DNA of 64,000 bases from an uncultured Gemmatimonadales bacterium (GTDB taxonomy: Bacteria > Gemmatimonadota > Gemmatimonadetes > Gemmatimonadales > GWC2-71-9): assembly GCA_963739455.1 (NCBI GenBank), contig CAVUAK010000001.1:1888001-1952000 (forward strand), given 5' to 3'. The translations under genes were made by a program, and so were the position numbers. This document shows, piece after piece, positions 39,742 through 53,741 of the stretch; the stretch's first letter is position 1; each line of letters begins with the position of its first letter. The notes under the pieces were generated by a model. It saw nothing but the letters and a program-made list of their open reading frames with translations. It had not been told where the DNA came from and did no database searches.

Positions 39742-40137
39742 ATGCCGACCATCAATCAACTCGTCCGGCACGGCCGGAAAAGCGTTCCGCGCATCGACAA
39801 GGCGCCTGCGCTCGACAGCAATCCTTTCCGTCGCGGTGTCTGCACTCGTGTGTACACCACTACGCCGAAGAAGCCGAACTCGGCTCTCCGGAAGGTTGCG
39901 AAGGTCCGTCTCACGAACGGGTTCGAGGTGATTGCGTACATCCCGGGCGAAGGCCACAACCTTCAGGAGCATTCAATCGTGCTCATCCGTGGTGGCCGCG
40001 TGAAGGATCTTCCCGGCGTGCGTTATCACATCGTGCGTGGCTCGCTCGACTCGGCCGGCGTTGCCGACCGCCGTCGCAGCCGCTCGAAGTACGGCGCCAA
40101 GCGTCCGAAGGCTGCAGCCGCCGGAGGTAAGAAGTGA
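39742..40137 (+). CDS. rpsL: 30S ribosomal protein S12
   Basis: [27 protein letters not shown]. Confidence 0.99.
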   Translation: MPTINQLVRHGRKSVPRIDKAPALDSNPFRRGVCTRVYTTTPKKPNSALRKVAKVRLTNGFEVIAYIPGEGHNLQEHSIVLIRGGRVKDLPGVRYHIVRGSLDSAGVADRRRSRSKYGAKRPKAAAAGGKK

Positions 40138-40604
40138 GCCGCCGCACTCGTGCCGTCCGCCGTCCGGTTCCGCCGGATCCGCGCTACGACAGCCAGACGG
40201 TGTCGAAGTTCGTCAACGCGCTCATGTACGACGGCAAGAAGGGCCTGGCCGAGGGCGTGTTCTACAAGGCGATGGACCTGATCGAAGAGCGTACCGGCCA
40301 GCCGGGTGTCGCCGTGTTCAAGCAGGCCGTGAACAACGCGAAGCCGATGGTCGAGGTGAAGAGCCGTCGTGTTGGTGGCGCTTCGCTGCAGGTTCCGATC
40401 GAGGTGCGTCCGGATCGTCGCGCGGCGCTGGCCATGCGCTGGCTGATCCAGTTTTCCCGCGCCCGCAGCGAGAAGACGATCTATGAGCGTCTCGCCGCCG
40501 AGCTGATCCTTGCCTCGAAGGGCGAGGGGAACACGATCAAGAAGAAGGAAGACACGCACCGGATGGCTGAGGCCAACCGCGCGTTTGCCCACTATCGCTG
40601 GTAG
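40134..40604 (+). CDS. rpsG: 30S ribosomal protein S7
   Basis: [22 protein letters not shown]. Confidence 0.99.
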   Translation: MSRRTRAVRRPVPPDPRYDSQTVSKFVNALMYDGKKGLAEGVFYKAMDLIEERTGQPGVAVFKQAVNNAKPMVEVKSRRVGGASLQVPIEVRPDRRAALAMRWLIQFSRARSEKTIYERLAAELILASKGEGNTIKKKEDTHRMAEANRAFAHYRW

Positions 40605-40822
40605 CAGTCGCAGGCAGTAGTAGACATCGGGTTACGTGACTGAGGGGCATCTGCCCCCGCCACCTCTGGCCTTCCGAAAACGCATGGGACCTCGAATGGT
40701 CCTCGTCCAGGGCGGTTGCCCGGATGTGTGCGGAGCGATACCACCGGGTTTCCCGGGTCGGTCGCCCCGCTTTTGGCTTGGTGGAGGCGCCAACGGCGCC
40801 GGGAAACAGGTTCAAGAAAGTT

Positions 40823-42931
<2,109 letters not shown>

Positions 42932-42972
42932 GTCACGCAGGGCAACCTGGACAGGGATACGGAGCAGAGATC

Positions 42973-44175
<1,203 letters not shown>

Positions 44176-44231
44176 CGAACCGGCACGCCGCGCCCATCGG
44201 GGCGCGGCCTCTGCCACTGATCGAGGAACGA

Positions 44232-44540
44232 ATGGCACAACGCATCCGCATCCGCCTCAAGGCGTTCGACCACGTGGTGCTGGACCAGGCCGCGGCGGAC
44301 ATCGTGCGCACGGCGGAAAAGACGGGAGCCCAGGTTTCGGGGCCGATCCCGCTGCCGGTCAAGACCGAGCGGTGGACGGTGCTCCGCAGCCCGCACGTCG
44401 ACAAGAAGAGCCGGGAGCAGTTCGAGCTGCGCACGCACAAGCGCCTGCTCGACATCCACGACTCGCGGCCGCAGACCATGGACGCGCTCACCAAGCTCGA
44501 CCTGCCGGCCGGTGTCGACGTCGAGATCAAGGTCGAATAG
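44232..44540 (+). CDS. rpsJ: 30S ribosomal protein S10
   Basis: [14 protein letters not shown]. Confidence 0.99.
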   Translation: MAQRIRIRLKAFDHVVLDQAAADIVRTAEKTGAQVSGPIPLPVKTERWTVLRSPHVDKKSREQFELRTHKRLLDIHDSRPQTMDALTKLDLPAGVDVEIKVE

Positions 44541-44543
44541 CCC

Positions 44544-45167
44544 ATGACCAACGGACTTATCGGCCGGAAGCTCGGGATGACCCGGGTCTTCACGGAGAAC
44601 GGCGACGCCGTTCCGGTCACGGTCATCGAGGCGGGCCCCTGCCACGTGCTGCAGGTGCGCACGGGCGCGGTGCAGCTCGGCTTCGGCGCGCGCAAGGAAA
44701 GCCGCGCCTCCAAGGCGGCACTGGGTCATGCGAAGGCGGCCGGCCTCACCGCCGCGCCGGCCATCATCCGCGAGTTCGAGATCGCGGGCGACGCACCAGC
44801 GGCTGGCGTTGAGGTCAAGGTGGATATTTTCGCCGCCGGCGAGCTCGTGAAGGTGACGGGCACGTCGAAGGGTCGCGGGTTCCAGGGCGTCGTGCATCGG
44901 CACGGCTTCCATGGCGGACCGGCGACGCACGGCAACACGCGGCACCGGAAGCCGGGCTCGATCAGCCCGGGTACCGACCCGTCGCGCGTCATCAAGGGCA
45001 AGAAGATGCCGGGCCATCACGGCGCGGTGAAGCATACGGAGCTGGGCCTGACGGTGGTCAAGATCGACGCCGACCGGAACCTCCTGTTCGTGAAGGGGGC
45101 CGTTCCGGGCGCCCGCAACGGGATCGTCACCGTACGGAAGCAGGGAGGAGCGAGCCGCCATGTTTGA
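44544..45167 (+). CDS. rplC: 50S ribosomal protein L3
   Basis: [15 protein letters not shown]. Confidence 0.99.
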   Translation: MTNGLIGRKLGMTRVFTENGDAVPVTVIEAGPCHVLQVRTGAVQLGFGARKESRASKAALGHAKAAGLTAAPAIIREFEIAGDAPAAGVEVKVDIFAAGELVKVTGTSKGRGFQGVVHRHGFHGGPATHGNTRHRKPGSISPGTDPSRVIKGKKMPGHHGAVKHTELGLTVVKIDADRNLLFVKGAVPGARNGIVTVRKQGGASRHV

Positions 45168-45990
45168 GGCTCCCCATTACTCACCCGCCGGCGCGAAGCG
45201 CGCGGGAGCGTTCACGCTTCCCGAGCCGCTGTTCGATGGCACGGTGAACGAGCCGGTCTTGCACCAGACGGTCAAGGCCTACCTGAACAACCAGCGGCAG
45301 GGAACGTCGGCCACGAAGACGCGCAGCTTCGTCTCGGGCGGCAACCAGAAGCCGTGGAAGCAGAAGGGCACCGGCCGCGCCCGGCAGGGTTCCATCCGCG
45401 CGCCGCACTGGCGCGGCGGTGGCATCGTGTTCGGCCCGCAGCCGCGCGACTACCACACGGAAGTCCCGCGCAAGGTGAAGCAGCTCGCCCGGAAGTCCGC
45501 GTTCAATGCGCGGGCACGTGAGGGCCGGCTGCACATCGTGGAGAAGGTGACGTTCGCGGCCCCGAAGACGAAGCAGCTCGCGGAGCTGCTCGGCAACCTG
45601 GGTCTCGAGGGCGTGAAGGTCCTGGTGCTGACCAACGGCGCCAACCGGAACGCGTGGCTGTCCAGCCGCAACCTGCCGACCGTGCATGTCATGCCGTACG
45701 CCGAGGTCTCGGCCTACGACGTGATCTGGAGCGACGCGCTGGTGGTGGAAGAGGGTGCCATCACGGGTGTCGAGCCCGAGATCGCGCCGGAGCCGGAGCA
45801 GAAGGCGAGCAAGGCGCGGGCGACCGCGAAGGCCGTCAAGGCGAAGGCCGTGAAGGCGGAGAAGGCCGTGGCCAAGGCGACCAAGAAGACCGCGAAGAAG
45901 GCGGCCAAGGCCCCGGCCACCAAGAAGGCGGCGAAGAAGGCCGCCGCGAAGCCGGCGAAGAAGTCGGCGCCGAAGAAGAAGGGGAAGTGA
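45160..45990 (+). CDS. rplD: 50S ribosomal protein L4 with a Lys/Ala-rich C-terminal tail
   Basis: KPWKQKGTGRARQGS, then an AKKA-type tail. Confidence 0.99.
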   Translation: MFEAPHYSPAGAKRAGAFTLPEPLFDGTVNEPVLHQTVKAYLNNQRQGTSATKTRSFVSGGNQKPWKQKGTGRARQGSIRAPHWRGGGIVFGPQPRDYHTEVPRKVKQLARKSAFNARAREGRLHIVEKVTFAAPKTKQLAELLGNLGLEGVKVLVLTNGANRNAWLSSRNLPTVHVMPYAEVSAYDVIWSDALVVEEGAITGVEPEIAPEPEQKASKARATAKAVKAKAVKAEKAVAKATKKTAKKAAKAPATKKAAKKAAAKPAKKSAPKKKGK

Positions 45991-45992
45991 GC

Positions 45993-46283
45993 ATGTCACT
46001 CGACCTGCGACAGGTAATCGTGAAGCCGCTGGTGACGGAGAAGAGTTCCGCCGTCTACCAGCTGCAGAAGGCCTATACGTTCGAGGTGCACCCGGCATCG
46101 TCGAAGCACCAGATCCGGGAAGCGCTCGAGAAGCTGTTCGACGTGAACGTGACTGCCGTCCGGACCATGCAGATGCGCCGGAACGAAGTCACGCGTGGCA
46201 AGACGCGCGGCACCACGGCGCGCTGGAAGAAGGCCATCGTGACGTTGCGCGACGGCCAGACCCTGCCGGTCTTCGAGGGGTAA
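45993..46283 (+). CDS. rplW: 50S ribosomal protein L23
   Basis: KPLVTEKS, WKKAIVTL; start ATG 45993. Confidence 0.97.
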   Translation: MSLDLRQVIVKPLVTEKSSAVYQLQKAYTFEVHPASSKHQIREALEKLFDVNVTAVRTMQMRRNEVTRGKTRGTTARWKKAIVTLRDGQTLPVFEG

Positions 46284-47123
46284 ATGAGCATTCGTCAATT
46301 CCGGCCGATGACGGCCGGCACGCGCTTCCGCTCGGTCTCGGGTTTCGACGAGATCACCCGGGGCACGCCGGAGAAGTCGCTGCTCGAGCCGAAGAAGCAG
46401 TCGGGCGGGCGCAATAACACCGGCCATGTCACGTCGCGCTACAAGGGCGGCGGGCACAAGAAGATGTACCGCGTCATCGACTTCAAGCGGAACAAGTTCG
46501 GTGTGCCGGGCAAGATCACCGAGATCGAGTACGACCCGAACCGCAGCGCGCGCATTGCGCTCGTGGTGTACGCGGACGGCGAGAAGCGCTACATCCTGCA
46601 CCCGAAGGGGCTGGAAGTCGGCGCGACGATCATGAGCGGTCCGGGGTCCGATGCCCGGCTGGGCAACGCCCTGCCGCTGGCCGAGATGCCGCTGGGCACC
46701 ACGGTGCACAACATCGAGCTCAAGATCGGCAAGGGTGGGCAGATGGCCCGCAGTGCCGGTGCCAGTGTCCAGGTGGTGGCCAAGGAAGGCGACTACGTCA
46801 CGCTGCGGCTCCGGTCGAGCGAGATGCGCCTGGTGCACGGTCGCTGCCTCGCCACGATCGGTGAAGTGGGCAACGCCGAGCACGAGCTCATCTCGATCGG
46901 CAAGGCCGGCAAGAACCGCTGGCTGGGCAAGCGGTCGAAGGTGCGCGGCGTGGCCAAGAACCCGGTGGACCATCCGCTGGGCGGCGGTGAAGGCAAGACC
47001 TCAGGCGGACGCCCACCGGTGTCGCCGTGGGGCAAGCCGGAAGGACGCAAGACCCGGAAGCGCAAGAAGGCGTCGAACCAGTTCATCGCCCGCGGCCGCA
47101 AGCGCGGTCGGGCGACCAAGTAA
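46284..47123 (+). CDS. rplB: 50S ribosomal protein L2
   Basis: [24 protein letters not shown]. Confidence 0.99.
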   Translation: MSIRQFRPMTAGTRFRSVSGFDEITRGTPEKSLLEPKKQSGGRNNTGHVTSRYKGGGHKKMYRVIDFKRNKFGVPGKITEIEYDPNRSARIALVVYADGEKRYILHPKGLEVGATIMSGPGSDARLGNALPLAEMPLGTTVHNIELKIGKGGQMARSAGASVQVVAKEGDYVTLRLRSSEMRLVHGRCLATIGEVGNAEHELISIGKAGKNRWLGKRSKVRGVAKNPVDHPLGGGEGKTSGGRPPVSPWGKPEGRKTRKRKKASNQFIARGRKRGRATK

Positions 47124-47135
47124 GGGCGGACCGCG

Positions 47136-47426
47136 ATGTCGCGTAGCGTCAAGAAGGGACCGTTCGTCCAGGAGGCCCTGCTCCTCAAGGTGCAGATCCT
47201 CAACTCGAAGAACGAGAAGAAGGTCGTCAAGACCTGGAGCCGGGCAAGCACGATCCTGCCCGAGTTCGTCGGACACACGTTCGCCGTGCACAACGGGAAC
47301 AAGTTCGTCCCGGTGTACGTCACCGAGAACATGGTGGGCCACAAGCTGGGCGAGTTCGCCCCGACGCGGCTCTTCCGCGGTCACAGCGGCAAGCTGGTGG
47401 CTGACAAGAAGGCGAAGGCGGAATAG
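47136..47426 (+). CDS. rpsS: 30S ribosomal protein S19
   Basis: [21 protein letters not shown]. Confidence 0.99.
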   Translation: MSRSVKKGPFVQEALLLKVQILNSKNEKKVVKTWSRASTILPEFVGHTFAVHNGNKFVPVYVTENMVGHKLGEFAPTRLFRGHSGKLVADKKAKAE

Positions 47427-47428
47427 TC

Positions 47429-47788
47429 ATGAGCGGACATGCGATCCAGCGGTTGGTCCGGCAGTCGCCGCGCAAGATGCGGCTGGTCGTCGACCTGATC
47501 CGTGGCAAGGACGTGAACGAGGCGTACGCCATCTTGCAGTTCAACAAGAAGCTCGCGGCGAAGCAGATCGCGAAGACGCTCAAGTCGGCGGTGTCGAACG
47601 CGGAGCAGGCGGCACAGCGGGCGAACGAGTCGTTCGACGTCGATTCGCTCGTGGTCGCCAAGGCGATCGTCAACATGGGGCAGCCGCTCAAGCGGTTCAC
47701 GGCTGCGGCGCAGGGCCGGGCCACACCGATCCGGAAGCGGACCAGCCACGTGGAAATCCACGTCGGGCCGCGCAAGGAGAAGAACTAA
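47429..47788 (+). CDS. rplV: 50S ribosomal protein L22
   Basis: SPRKMRLVVDLIRG, RKRTSH. Confidence 0.98.
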   Translation: MSGHAIQRLVRQSPRKMRLVVDLIRGKDVNEAYAILQFNKKLAAKQIAKTLKSAVSNAEQAAQRANESFDVDSLVVAKAIVNMGQPLKRFTAAAQGRATPIRKRTSHVEIHVGPRKEKN

Positions 47789-48448
47789 ATGGGCCAGAAG
47801 ACTCATCCGACCGGGCTCCGGCTCGGTATCGTCAAGAACTGGTCGTCGCGCTGGTACGCGAACAAGGACATGCCCGCCCTCCTCAAGGAGGACGAGCTGA
47901 TCCGCAAGTACCTGAAGCAGCGGCTGGGCCATGCGGCGATTGCCGCCGTGGACATCGAGCGCCGTCCAGGCAAGGTCACCGTCACCGTGCACACCGGCCG
48001 TCCGGGCGTGGTGATCGGCAAGCGCGGCGCCGAGGTGGACAAGCTTCGCGACGAGCTGGCACAGCTCACCGGCAAGGAAGCGGCGATCAACGTCGAGGAG
48101 ATCAAGCGGCCCGAGTTGTCGGCGCAGCTTGTGGCCGAGAACATCGCGCACCAGCTGGAGCAGCGCATCTCGTTCCGCCGCGCCATGAAGCGCGCGGTGC
48201 AGAGCTCGATGCGCATGGGCGCCCAGGGTATCCGCGTCCGCACGTCCGGCCGCCTCGGCGGCGCCGAGATCGCGCGCACCGAGGGGTACCGCGAGGGCCG
48301 CGTGCCGCTCCACACCCTGCGCGCCGATGTCGACTACGCGACGGCAACCGCCAAGACGACGTACGGCACCATCGGGGTCAAGGTCTGGATCTTCAAGGGT
48401 GAGGTCGTCGAGGACGTGACGGGCCGCACCTACAGCACGGGAGCCTGA
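47789..48448 (+). CDS. rpsC: 30S ribosomal protein S3
   Basis: [18 protein letters not shown]. Confidence 0.99.
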   Translation: MGQKTHPTGLRLGIVKNWSSRWYANKDMPALLKEDELIRKYLKQRLGHAAIAAVDIERRPGKVTVTVHTGRPGVVIGKRGAEVDKLRDELAQLTGKEAAINVEEIKRPELSAQLVAENIAHQLEQRISFRRAMKRAVQSSMRMGAQGIRVRTSGRLGGAEIARTEGYREGRVPLHTLRADVDYATATAKTTYGTIGVKVWIFKGEVVEDVTGRTYSTGA

Positions 48449-48452
48449 TCCA

Positions 48453-48866
48453 ATGCTGGCGCCAAAGCGGGTCAAGTTCCGCAAGCAGTTCAAGGGCCGC
48501 ACGAAGGGACATGCGACCCGGGGCAACACGGTGGCACATGGGGAGTTCGCCATCATGAGCCTGGAGCCGGGCTGGATCACCAACCGGCAGATCGAGGCGT
48601 CGCGCGTGGCGATGACGCGTGAGATGAAGCGTGGCGGGCGGGTGTGGATCCGGATCTTCCCGGACAAGCCCATCACCAAGAAGCCGGCCGAGACCCGCAT
48701 GGGTAAGGGCAAGGGCAACCCGGAGGGCTGGGTCGCCGTGATCAAGCCGGGCCGGGTGCTGTTCGAGATCGAGGGCGTGACCGAGGAACTGGCGAGGAAG
48801 TCGCTGGCGCTCGCCTCCGCCAAGCTGCCCGTGAAGACGCGCTTCGTGAAGCGCGAGGAGATCTAG
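48453..48866 (+). CDS. rplP: 50S ribosomal protein L16
   Basis: RMGKGKG. Confidence 0.99.
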   Translation: MLAPKRVKFRKQFKGRTKGHATRGNTVAHGEFAIMSLEPGWITNRQIEASRVAMTREMKRGGRVWIRIFPDKPITKKPAETRMGKGKGNPEGWVAVIKPGRVLFEIEGVTEELARKSLALASAKLPVKTRFVKREEI

Positions 48867-48869
48867 GTC

Positions 48870-49064
48870 ATGAAGGCGAATGCAGTGCGTGAGCTCTCGA
48901 ACGAGGAGCTCCAGCAGAAGCTCGGCGAACTGAAGGACGAGCGGTTCCGTCTCCGGTTCCGGTCGGCCACCGAGTCGATCGAAAACCCGGTCCGGTTCCG
49001 GACGATCCGTCGCGACATCGCGCGGATCCTCACCACGCTCCGCGCTCGCGCGGGGCAGGCGTAA
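48870..49064 (+). CDS. rpmC: 50S ribosomal protein L29
   Basis: RRDIARILT; position in the operon. Confidence 0.97.
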   Translation: MKANAVRELSNEELQQKLGELKDERFRLRFRSATESIENPVRFRTIRRDIARILTTLRARAGQA

Positions 49065-49073
49065 GGAGCAGCG

Positions 49074-49355
49074 GTGGCGACGACAGCGACGGCCTCGACT
49101 GAGGCGACCCGCCGGCGGCGGAAGACGCGCCAGGGTCTGGTGTCCAGCGACAAGATGACGAAGACGGTCACGGTGGTCCTGACGCGGCAGTATGCCCATG
49201 CGGCCTACGGCAAGCAGATGACGCGGACCAAGAAGGTGAAGGCGCGCAACGATATGGGTGCCCAGACGGGCGATACCGTGCGCATCATGGAGACGCGGCC
49301 GCTGGCGAAGACGGTCTGCTGGCGCGTCGTCGAGATCGTCTTGAAGGCGAAGTAG
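49074..49355 (+). CDS. rpsQ: 30S ribosomal protein S17
   Basis: SDKMTKTVTV, ETRPLAKT. Confidence 0.97.
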   Translation: MATTATASTEATRRRRKTRQGLVSSDKMTKTVTVVLTRQYAHAAYGKQMTRTKKVKARNDMGAQTGDTVRIMETRPLAKTVCWRVVEIVLKAK

Positions 49356-49367
49356 GGGAGCACTGCA

Positions 49368-49736
49368 ATGATTCAGCAGGAAACGATCCTCCGGATCGCC
49401 GACAACTCGGGCGCGCGCAAGGCGCTGGTCATCCGTGTACTGGGCGGCAGCAAGCGCCGGTACGCCGGGCTGGGCGATCGCGTGGTGGTGGCCATCAAGG
49501 ACGCCATCCCGACCGGGCAGGTAAAGAAGGGCGACGTCGCCAAGGCCGTGATCGTGCGCACCCGGAAGGAGACCCGCCGCAAGGATGGGTCGTACATCCG
49601 GTTCGACGAGAACGCCGCGGTGCTGATCGATGACAAGGGCGAGCCCCGGGCCACCCGTATTTTCGGGCCGGTGGCGCGCGAGCTTCGCGAGAAGCGCTAC
49701 ATGAAGATCGTGTCGCTGGCACCGGAGGTACTCTGA
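49368..49736 (+). CDS. rplN: 50S ribosomal protein L14
   Basis: [17 protein letters not shown]. Confidence 0.99.
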   Translation: MIQQETILRIADNSGARKALVIRVLGGSKRRYAGLGDRVVVAIKDAIPTGQVKKGDVAKAVIVRTRKETRRKDGSYIRFDENAAVLIDDKGEPRATRIFGPVARELREKRYMKIVSLAPEVL

Positions 49737-49737
49737 C

Positions 49738-50118
49738 ATGAAGCCGCTCGTCCACAAGAAGAACAAGCGGATCCGCCATGCGCCACCGGTGCGGGTGAAG
49801 CTGCACGTCACGAAGGGTGACATGGTGCAGGTCATCAGCGGTGACGACAAGGGCAAGCGCGGCCAGATCATCCAGGTGTACCCGAAGACGGGTCGCGTGG
49901 TGGTCCGGGGCGTCGCCATGATCAAGAAGCACCAGCGCGCGACACAGACCGCCGAGGGCGGGATCATCGAGCGCGAAGCGGCGATCCATCACTCGAAGGT
50001 GATGCTGATCGATCCCAAGACCGACGCGCCGACGCGCATTCGCCGCCGGCGGGACGCCGATGGCACCGTCGAGCGGGTGGGCGTGAAGTCGGGCCAGTCG
50101 ATTGCGAGGAGCCGGTAA
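49738..50118 (+). CDS. rplX: 50S ribosomal protein L24
   Basis: [24 protein letters not shown]. Confidence 0.98.
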   Translation: MKPLVHKKNKRIRHAPPVRVKLHVTKGDMVQVISGDDKGKRGQIIQVYPKTGRVVVRGVAMIKKHQRATQTAEGGIIEREAAIHHSKVMLIDPKTDAPTRIRRRRDADGTVERVGVKSGQSIARSR

Positions 50119-50121
50119 GCC

Positions 50122-50811
50122 ATGGCGGAACAGAAGACGAAGGCCCCGAAGGGTGGAGACAAGGGCCAGGGACAGGGCGCGAAGGCCAAGGGTCGCGGCG
50201 AGAAGGTCTCGACGCTGCCGGTGGACCCGTCGCCCAAGGTAGCGGTCGGCAAGCCGCGGCTGCAGGCGTTCTACGAGGGCACGGTGCGCCCGCGCCTCGC
50301 GAAGTCGTTTGCGCTGACGAACCCGCACCAGGTGCCGAAGATCACCAAGATCGTGCTGAACGTCGGCATGGGTGACGCGGGCAAGAACCCGAAGCAGCTC
50401 GATGCAGCGGTCGAGGAGCTTGCGGCGGTCACGGGCCAGAAGCCGGTGATCACCAAGGCCAAGAAGTCGATCGCCAACTTCGGGCTGCGCGAGGGCATGC
50501 CGGTGGGCTGCTCGGTGACGCTCCGCGGCGCCCGGATGTACGAGTTCCTCGACCGGTTCATCTCGATCGCGGTGCCGCGCATGCGCGACTTCCGCGGCCT
50601 GCCGAACCGGAGCTTTGACGGCCGCGGGAACTACACCTTCGGCATCAAGGAACAGATGGTGTTCCCCGAGATCGACTACGACAAGGTCGAGAAGATCCAC
50701 GGGATGGACATCACGATCGTGACCACGGCCGGCCGCGATGACCTCGCGCTGGCGTTGCTGCGGGAGTTTGGCTGGCCGTTCCGCGGTGAGACGCCGCAGC
50801 GCGCGGCATAG
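50122..50811 (+). CDS. rplE: 50S ribosomal protein L5 (N-terminal extension)
   Basis: [16 protein letters not shown]. Confidence 0.99.
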   Translation: MAEQKTKAPKGGDKGQGQGAKAKGRGEKVSTLPVDPSPKVAVGKPRLQAFYEGTVRPRLAKSFALTNPHQVPKITKIVLNVGMGDAGKNPKQLDAAVEELAAVTGQKPVITKAKKSIANFGLREGMPVGCSVTLRGARMYEFLDRFISIAVPRMRDFRGLPNRSFDGRGNYTFGIKEQMVFPEIDYDKVEKIHGMDITIVTTAGRDDLALALLREFGWPFRGETPQRAA

Positions 50812-50821
50812 GGGAGAGTAA

Positions 50822-51007
50822 ATGGCGAAGACCTGTTGGATCGAGCGGGCCAAGCGTACGCCCAAGTTCAAGGTGCGCGCAGTGCGTCGGTGCCAGCGTT
50901 GCGGGCGCTCACGTGCTGTGCTGCGCAAGTTCGGCCTGTGCCGTATCTGTTTCCGAGACCTTGCACTCCAGGGAATGATCCCGGGCGTGCGCAAGGCGAG
51001 CTGGTAG
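50822..51007 (+). CDS. rpsZ: 30S ribosomal protein S14 type Z (Zn-binding, 61 aa)
   Basis: RCQRCGR...[12 protein letters not shown]. Confidence 0.98.
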   Translation: MAKTCWIERAKRTPKFKVRAVRRCQRCGRSRAVLRKFGLCRICFRDLALQGMIPGVRKASW

Positions 51008-51021
51008 GGAGATCGAGGACC

Positions 51022-51417
51022 ATGAGCCTGACAGATCCCGTCGCCGACATGCTGACCCGCATCCGTAATGCGTGTCATGCTGGACATCGGCGCGTGGACG
51101 TGCCTGTGAGCAAGTTCAAGACTGAGCTTGCCCGCATCCTGCGCGACAATCACTACATCGGCGACTTCAAGGTCCTCGATGATGGCGCGGCCGGCGTGCT
51201 CCGGCTGTACCTCAAGTACCACAATGAGCTGCCGGTCATCCGCGAGCTGCGCCGGATGTCGACACCGGGCCTCCGGCGCTACGTGAAGTGCCGCGAGATC
51301 CCCCGCGTGAAGAACGGTCTCGGCATGGCGATCGTCTCCACCCCGAAGGGGCTGATGAGCGACCGCGAGGCTCGCACCGCCAACCTGGGCGGCGAACTCG
51401 TCGCCCTGATCTGGTAA
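51022..51417 (+). CDS. rpsH: 30S ribosomal protein S8
   Basis: [18 protein letters not shown]; start ATG 51022. Confidence 0.99.
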   Translation: MSLTDPVADMLTRIRNACHAGHRRVDVPVSKFKTELARILRDNHYIGDFKVLDDGAAGVLRLYLKYHNELPVIRELRRMSTPGLRRYVKCREIPRVKNGLGMAIVSTPKGLMSDREARTANLGGELVALIW

Positions 51418-51427
51418 GGGGACCGAC

Positions 51428-51967
51428 ATGTCGCGTATCGGCAGGCGGCCGGTCACCATTCCGGCAGGCGTCACGCTGACGGTGGCCGGGTCCACCGTCA
51501 CGGTGAAGGGCCCCAAGGGCGAGCTCAAGCGCACCCTGAGCCCGGAACTCGGCTACAAGCTCGAGGGCTCCGAGTTCACGGTGTCACGCCCGAGCGAGGC
51601 GGAGAAGCACAAGGCGCTGCATGGCCTCAGCCGCACGCTGGTCGCCAACATGGTCGAGGGCGTGACCAAGGGCTACCAGAAGGTGCTCGAGATCCAGGGC
51701 GTCGGGTACAAGGCCGAGATGAAGCCGTTCGGGGTCAACCTGATCGTCGGCTACTCCCATCAGGTGCCGTTCAAGGCGCCCGAGGGGATCAAGATCACGG
51801 TCGAGAACAACACGGTGGTGAAGATCGAGGGCGCCGACAAGGAAAAGGTGGGCCAGGTGGCCGCCGAGATCCGGTTGGTGCGCAAGCCGGAGCCGTACAA
51901 GGGCAAGGGCATCCGGTACCAGGGTGAGCAGGTCCGCCGCAAGGCTGGCAAGACGGGAGCGAAGTAA
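51428..51967 (+). CDS. rplF: 50S ribosomal protein L6
   Basis: [16 protein letters not shown]. Confidence 0.99.
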   Translation: MSRIGRRPVTIPAGVTLTVAGSTVTVKGPKGELKRTLSPELGYKLEGSEFTVSRPSEAEKHKALHGLSRTLVANMVEGVTKGYQKVLEIQGVGYKAEMKPFGVNLIVGYSHQVPFKAPEGIKITVENNTVVKIEGADKEKVGQVAAEIRLVRKPEPYKGKGIRYQGEQVRRKAGKTGAK

Positions 51968-52339
51968 ATGCGCGCCATTCATTCTCCGAAGACGCGGAAT
52001 GACCGCCGCTACCGCCGGCACCTCCGGGTGCGGACGCGGGTGGCCGGCACGGCCGAGCGGCCGCGCCTCGTGGTGTTCCGCTCGTTGAAGCACATCTACG
52101 CGCAGCTCGTGAACGACGACCAGGGCGTGACGCTCCTGGGCGTCAGCGACGCGAGCGAGGGCGTGGACAGCACCACCGCGGGCAAGGTGAACCGGGCCAA
52201 GGCCACGGGAAAGCTGCTCGCCGAGAAGGCAAAGGCTGCCGGCGTCACCAAGGTCGTGTTCGACCGCGCCGGGTACCGGTATCATGGACGCGTGCAGGCG
52301 GTTGCCGAGGGCGCGCGCGAAGGCGGACTGGAGTTCTAA
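51968..52339 (+). CDS. rplR: 50S ribosomal protein L18
   Basis: [21 protein letters not shown]. Confidence 0.99.
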   Translation: MRAIHSPKTRNDRRYRRHLRVRTRVAGTAERPRLVVFRSLKHIYAQLVNDDQGVTLLGVSDASEGVDSTTAGKVNRAKATGKLLAEKAKAAGVTKVVFDRAGYRYHGRVQAVAEGAREGGLEF

Positions 52340-53022
52340 TGGCAGACGAACAGGGGTCGGGGGCTGCGGCTCCCGCAGCGACGGAAACGACTGAGCGTCC
52401 CGCGGGCGAGCAGCGCCAGCAGCGGGGCGGTGGTGGCGGCGGCGGTGGCCGGGGCCGGGACAATCGGGGCGGTGGTGGCGGTGGCCGTGGCGGTCGTGGC
52501 CGCGATCGCGAGCGTGAGCGCGACGGCAACGAGCTGGTCGAGAACGTGGTGGCGATCAACCGCGTGGCCAAGGTCGTGAAGGGTGGCCGCCGGTTCTCGT
52601 TCAACGCCCTCGTGGCGGTGGGCGATGGCCGTGGCCGGGTCGGGTTCGCGACCGGCAAGGCCAACGAAGTGTCCGAGGCGGTCCGCAAGGCGGTCGAGGC
52701 GGCCAAGCGCAGCATGGTCGAGGTGCCGCGCACGGGGTCCACGATCCCGCACGAGGTGATCGGTCATCACGGCGCGGGTGAGGTGCTCCTCAAGCCGGCC
52801 GCGACCGGTACTGGCGTCATTGCCGGTGGTGCCGTGCGGTCGGTGCTCGAGTGCGCCGGCATCACCGACATCCTGACCAAGAGCCTGGGCTCGAGCAACG
52901 CCCACAACATGGTGCGGGCCACGATGGACGGCCTTCGCCAGCTCGTGTCGGTGCGCCAGGTGGCCAGCGAGCGCGGCATCGAAGTCGACCAGCTCGCGTA
53001 CAAGCCGCGGCAGGGAGCGTAA
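52339..53022 (+). CDS. rpsE: 30S ribosomal protein S5 (Gly/Arg-rich N-terminal extension)
   Basis: [22 protein letters not shown]. Confidence 0.99.
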   Translation: MADEQGSGAAAPAATETTERPAGEQRQQRGGGGGGGGRGRDNRGGGGGGRGGRGRDRERERDGNELVENVVAINRVAKVVKGGRRFSFNALVAVGDGRGRVGFATGKANEVSEAVRKAVEAAKRSMVEVPRTGSTIPHEVIGHHGAGEVLLKPAATGTGVIAGGAVRSVLECAGITDILTKSLGSSNAHNMVRATMDGLRQLVSVRQVASERGIEVDQLAYKPRQGA

Positions 53023-53025
53023 ATC

Positions 53026-53286
53026 ATGGGTCGTAATCCGGCAGTCGGCCGTCAGGGCCCGGCGTATCATGCGGCCACGATTCCGTCGGAGCAGGACGCT
53101 GCGCGCCTCACGGTGAAGCAGATCCGCTCGACGATCGGGCATGCGGAGACGATGGCGCGCACGCTGCGCGCGCTCGGCCTCCGGCATCATCAGCAGACCA
53201 TTGAGGTGTCGAACACGGCTTCCGTGCGCGGCATGCTCTTCAAGGTGCGTCACCTCGTCGAGGTGACGCCGGTGGAGAAGAACTGA
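53026..53286 (+). CDS. rpmD: 50S ribosomal protein L30 (N-terminal extension)
   Basis: KQIRSTIG, TLRALGL, RGMLFKVRHLV. Confidence 0.95.
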   Translation: MGRNPAVGRQGPAYHAATIPSEQDAARLTVKQIRSTIGHAETMARTLRALGLRHHQQTIEVSNTASVRGMLFKVRHLVEVTPVEKN

Positions 53287-53741
53287 TGGCGGACGAGATC
53301 AAGCACCTCTCGCTCTCCAACCTGAAGCCGGCACGGGGCTCGACCCAGTCGCGCAAGCGCATTGGTCGTGGCGTCGGCTCCGGCATCGGCAAGACGTCGG
53401 GCAAGGGTCACAAGGGTCACAAGGCCCGTACGGGTGGCTCGACCAACCCCGGCTTCGAGGGCGGCCAGACGCCGCTGTACCGCCGGTTGCCGAAGCGCGG
53501 GTTCACCAACCCGTTCAAGGTGACGGCACAGCCGGTCAACCTGCGCAAGCTGAAGAAGCTCGCCGGCCAGGATGTCACGCCCGAGACGCTGTTCGCGGCC
53601 GGGCTGATCTCCAAGCAGGGCGTGCCCGCCAAGCTGCTCGCCGCCGGTGAGGCCGATCGTGCCTACACCGTGCGCGGCGTGCAGGTGTCGGCGTCGGCCA
53701 AGACCAAGATCGAGGCGGCAGGCGGCCGGGTCGAGGCCTAA
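53286..53741 (+). CDS. rplO: 50S ribosomal protein L15
   Basis: GRGVGSG.GKTSGKGHKG, GFEGGQTPL. Confidence 0.99.
   Translation: MADEIKHLSLSNLKPARGSTQSRKRIGRGVGSGIGKTSGKGHKGHKARTGGSTNPGFEGGQTPLYRRLPKRGFTNPFKVTAQPVNLRKLKKLAGQDVTPETLFAAGLISKQGVPAKLLAAGEADRAYTVRGVQVSASAKTKIEAAGGRVEA

Noticed and set aside
40724..40822. N-terminal extension of EF-G from the ORF track (similarly for rpsL, rpsH, adk, map, cysS, rplW)
   Set aside because: Downstream ATGs match the canonical N-termini; the upstream in-frame starts are incidental.
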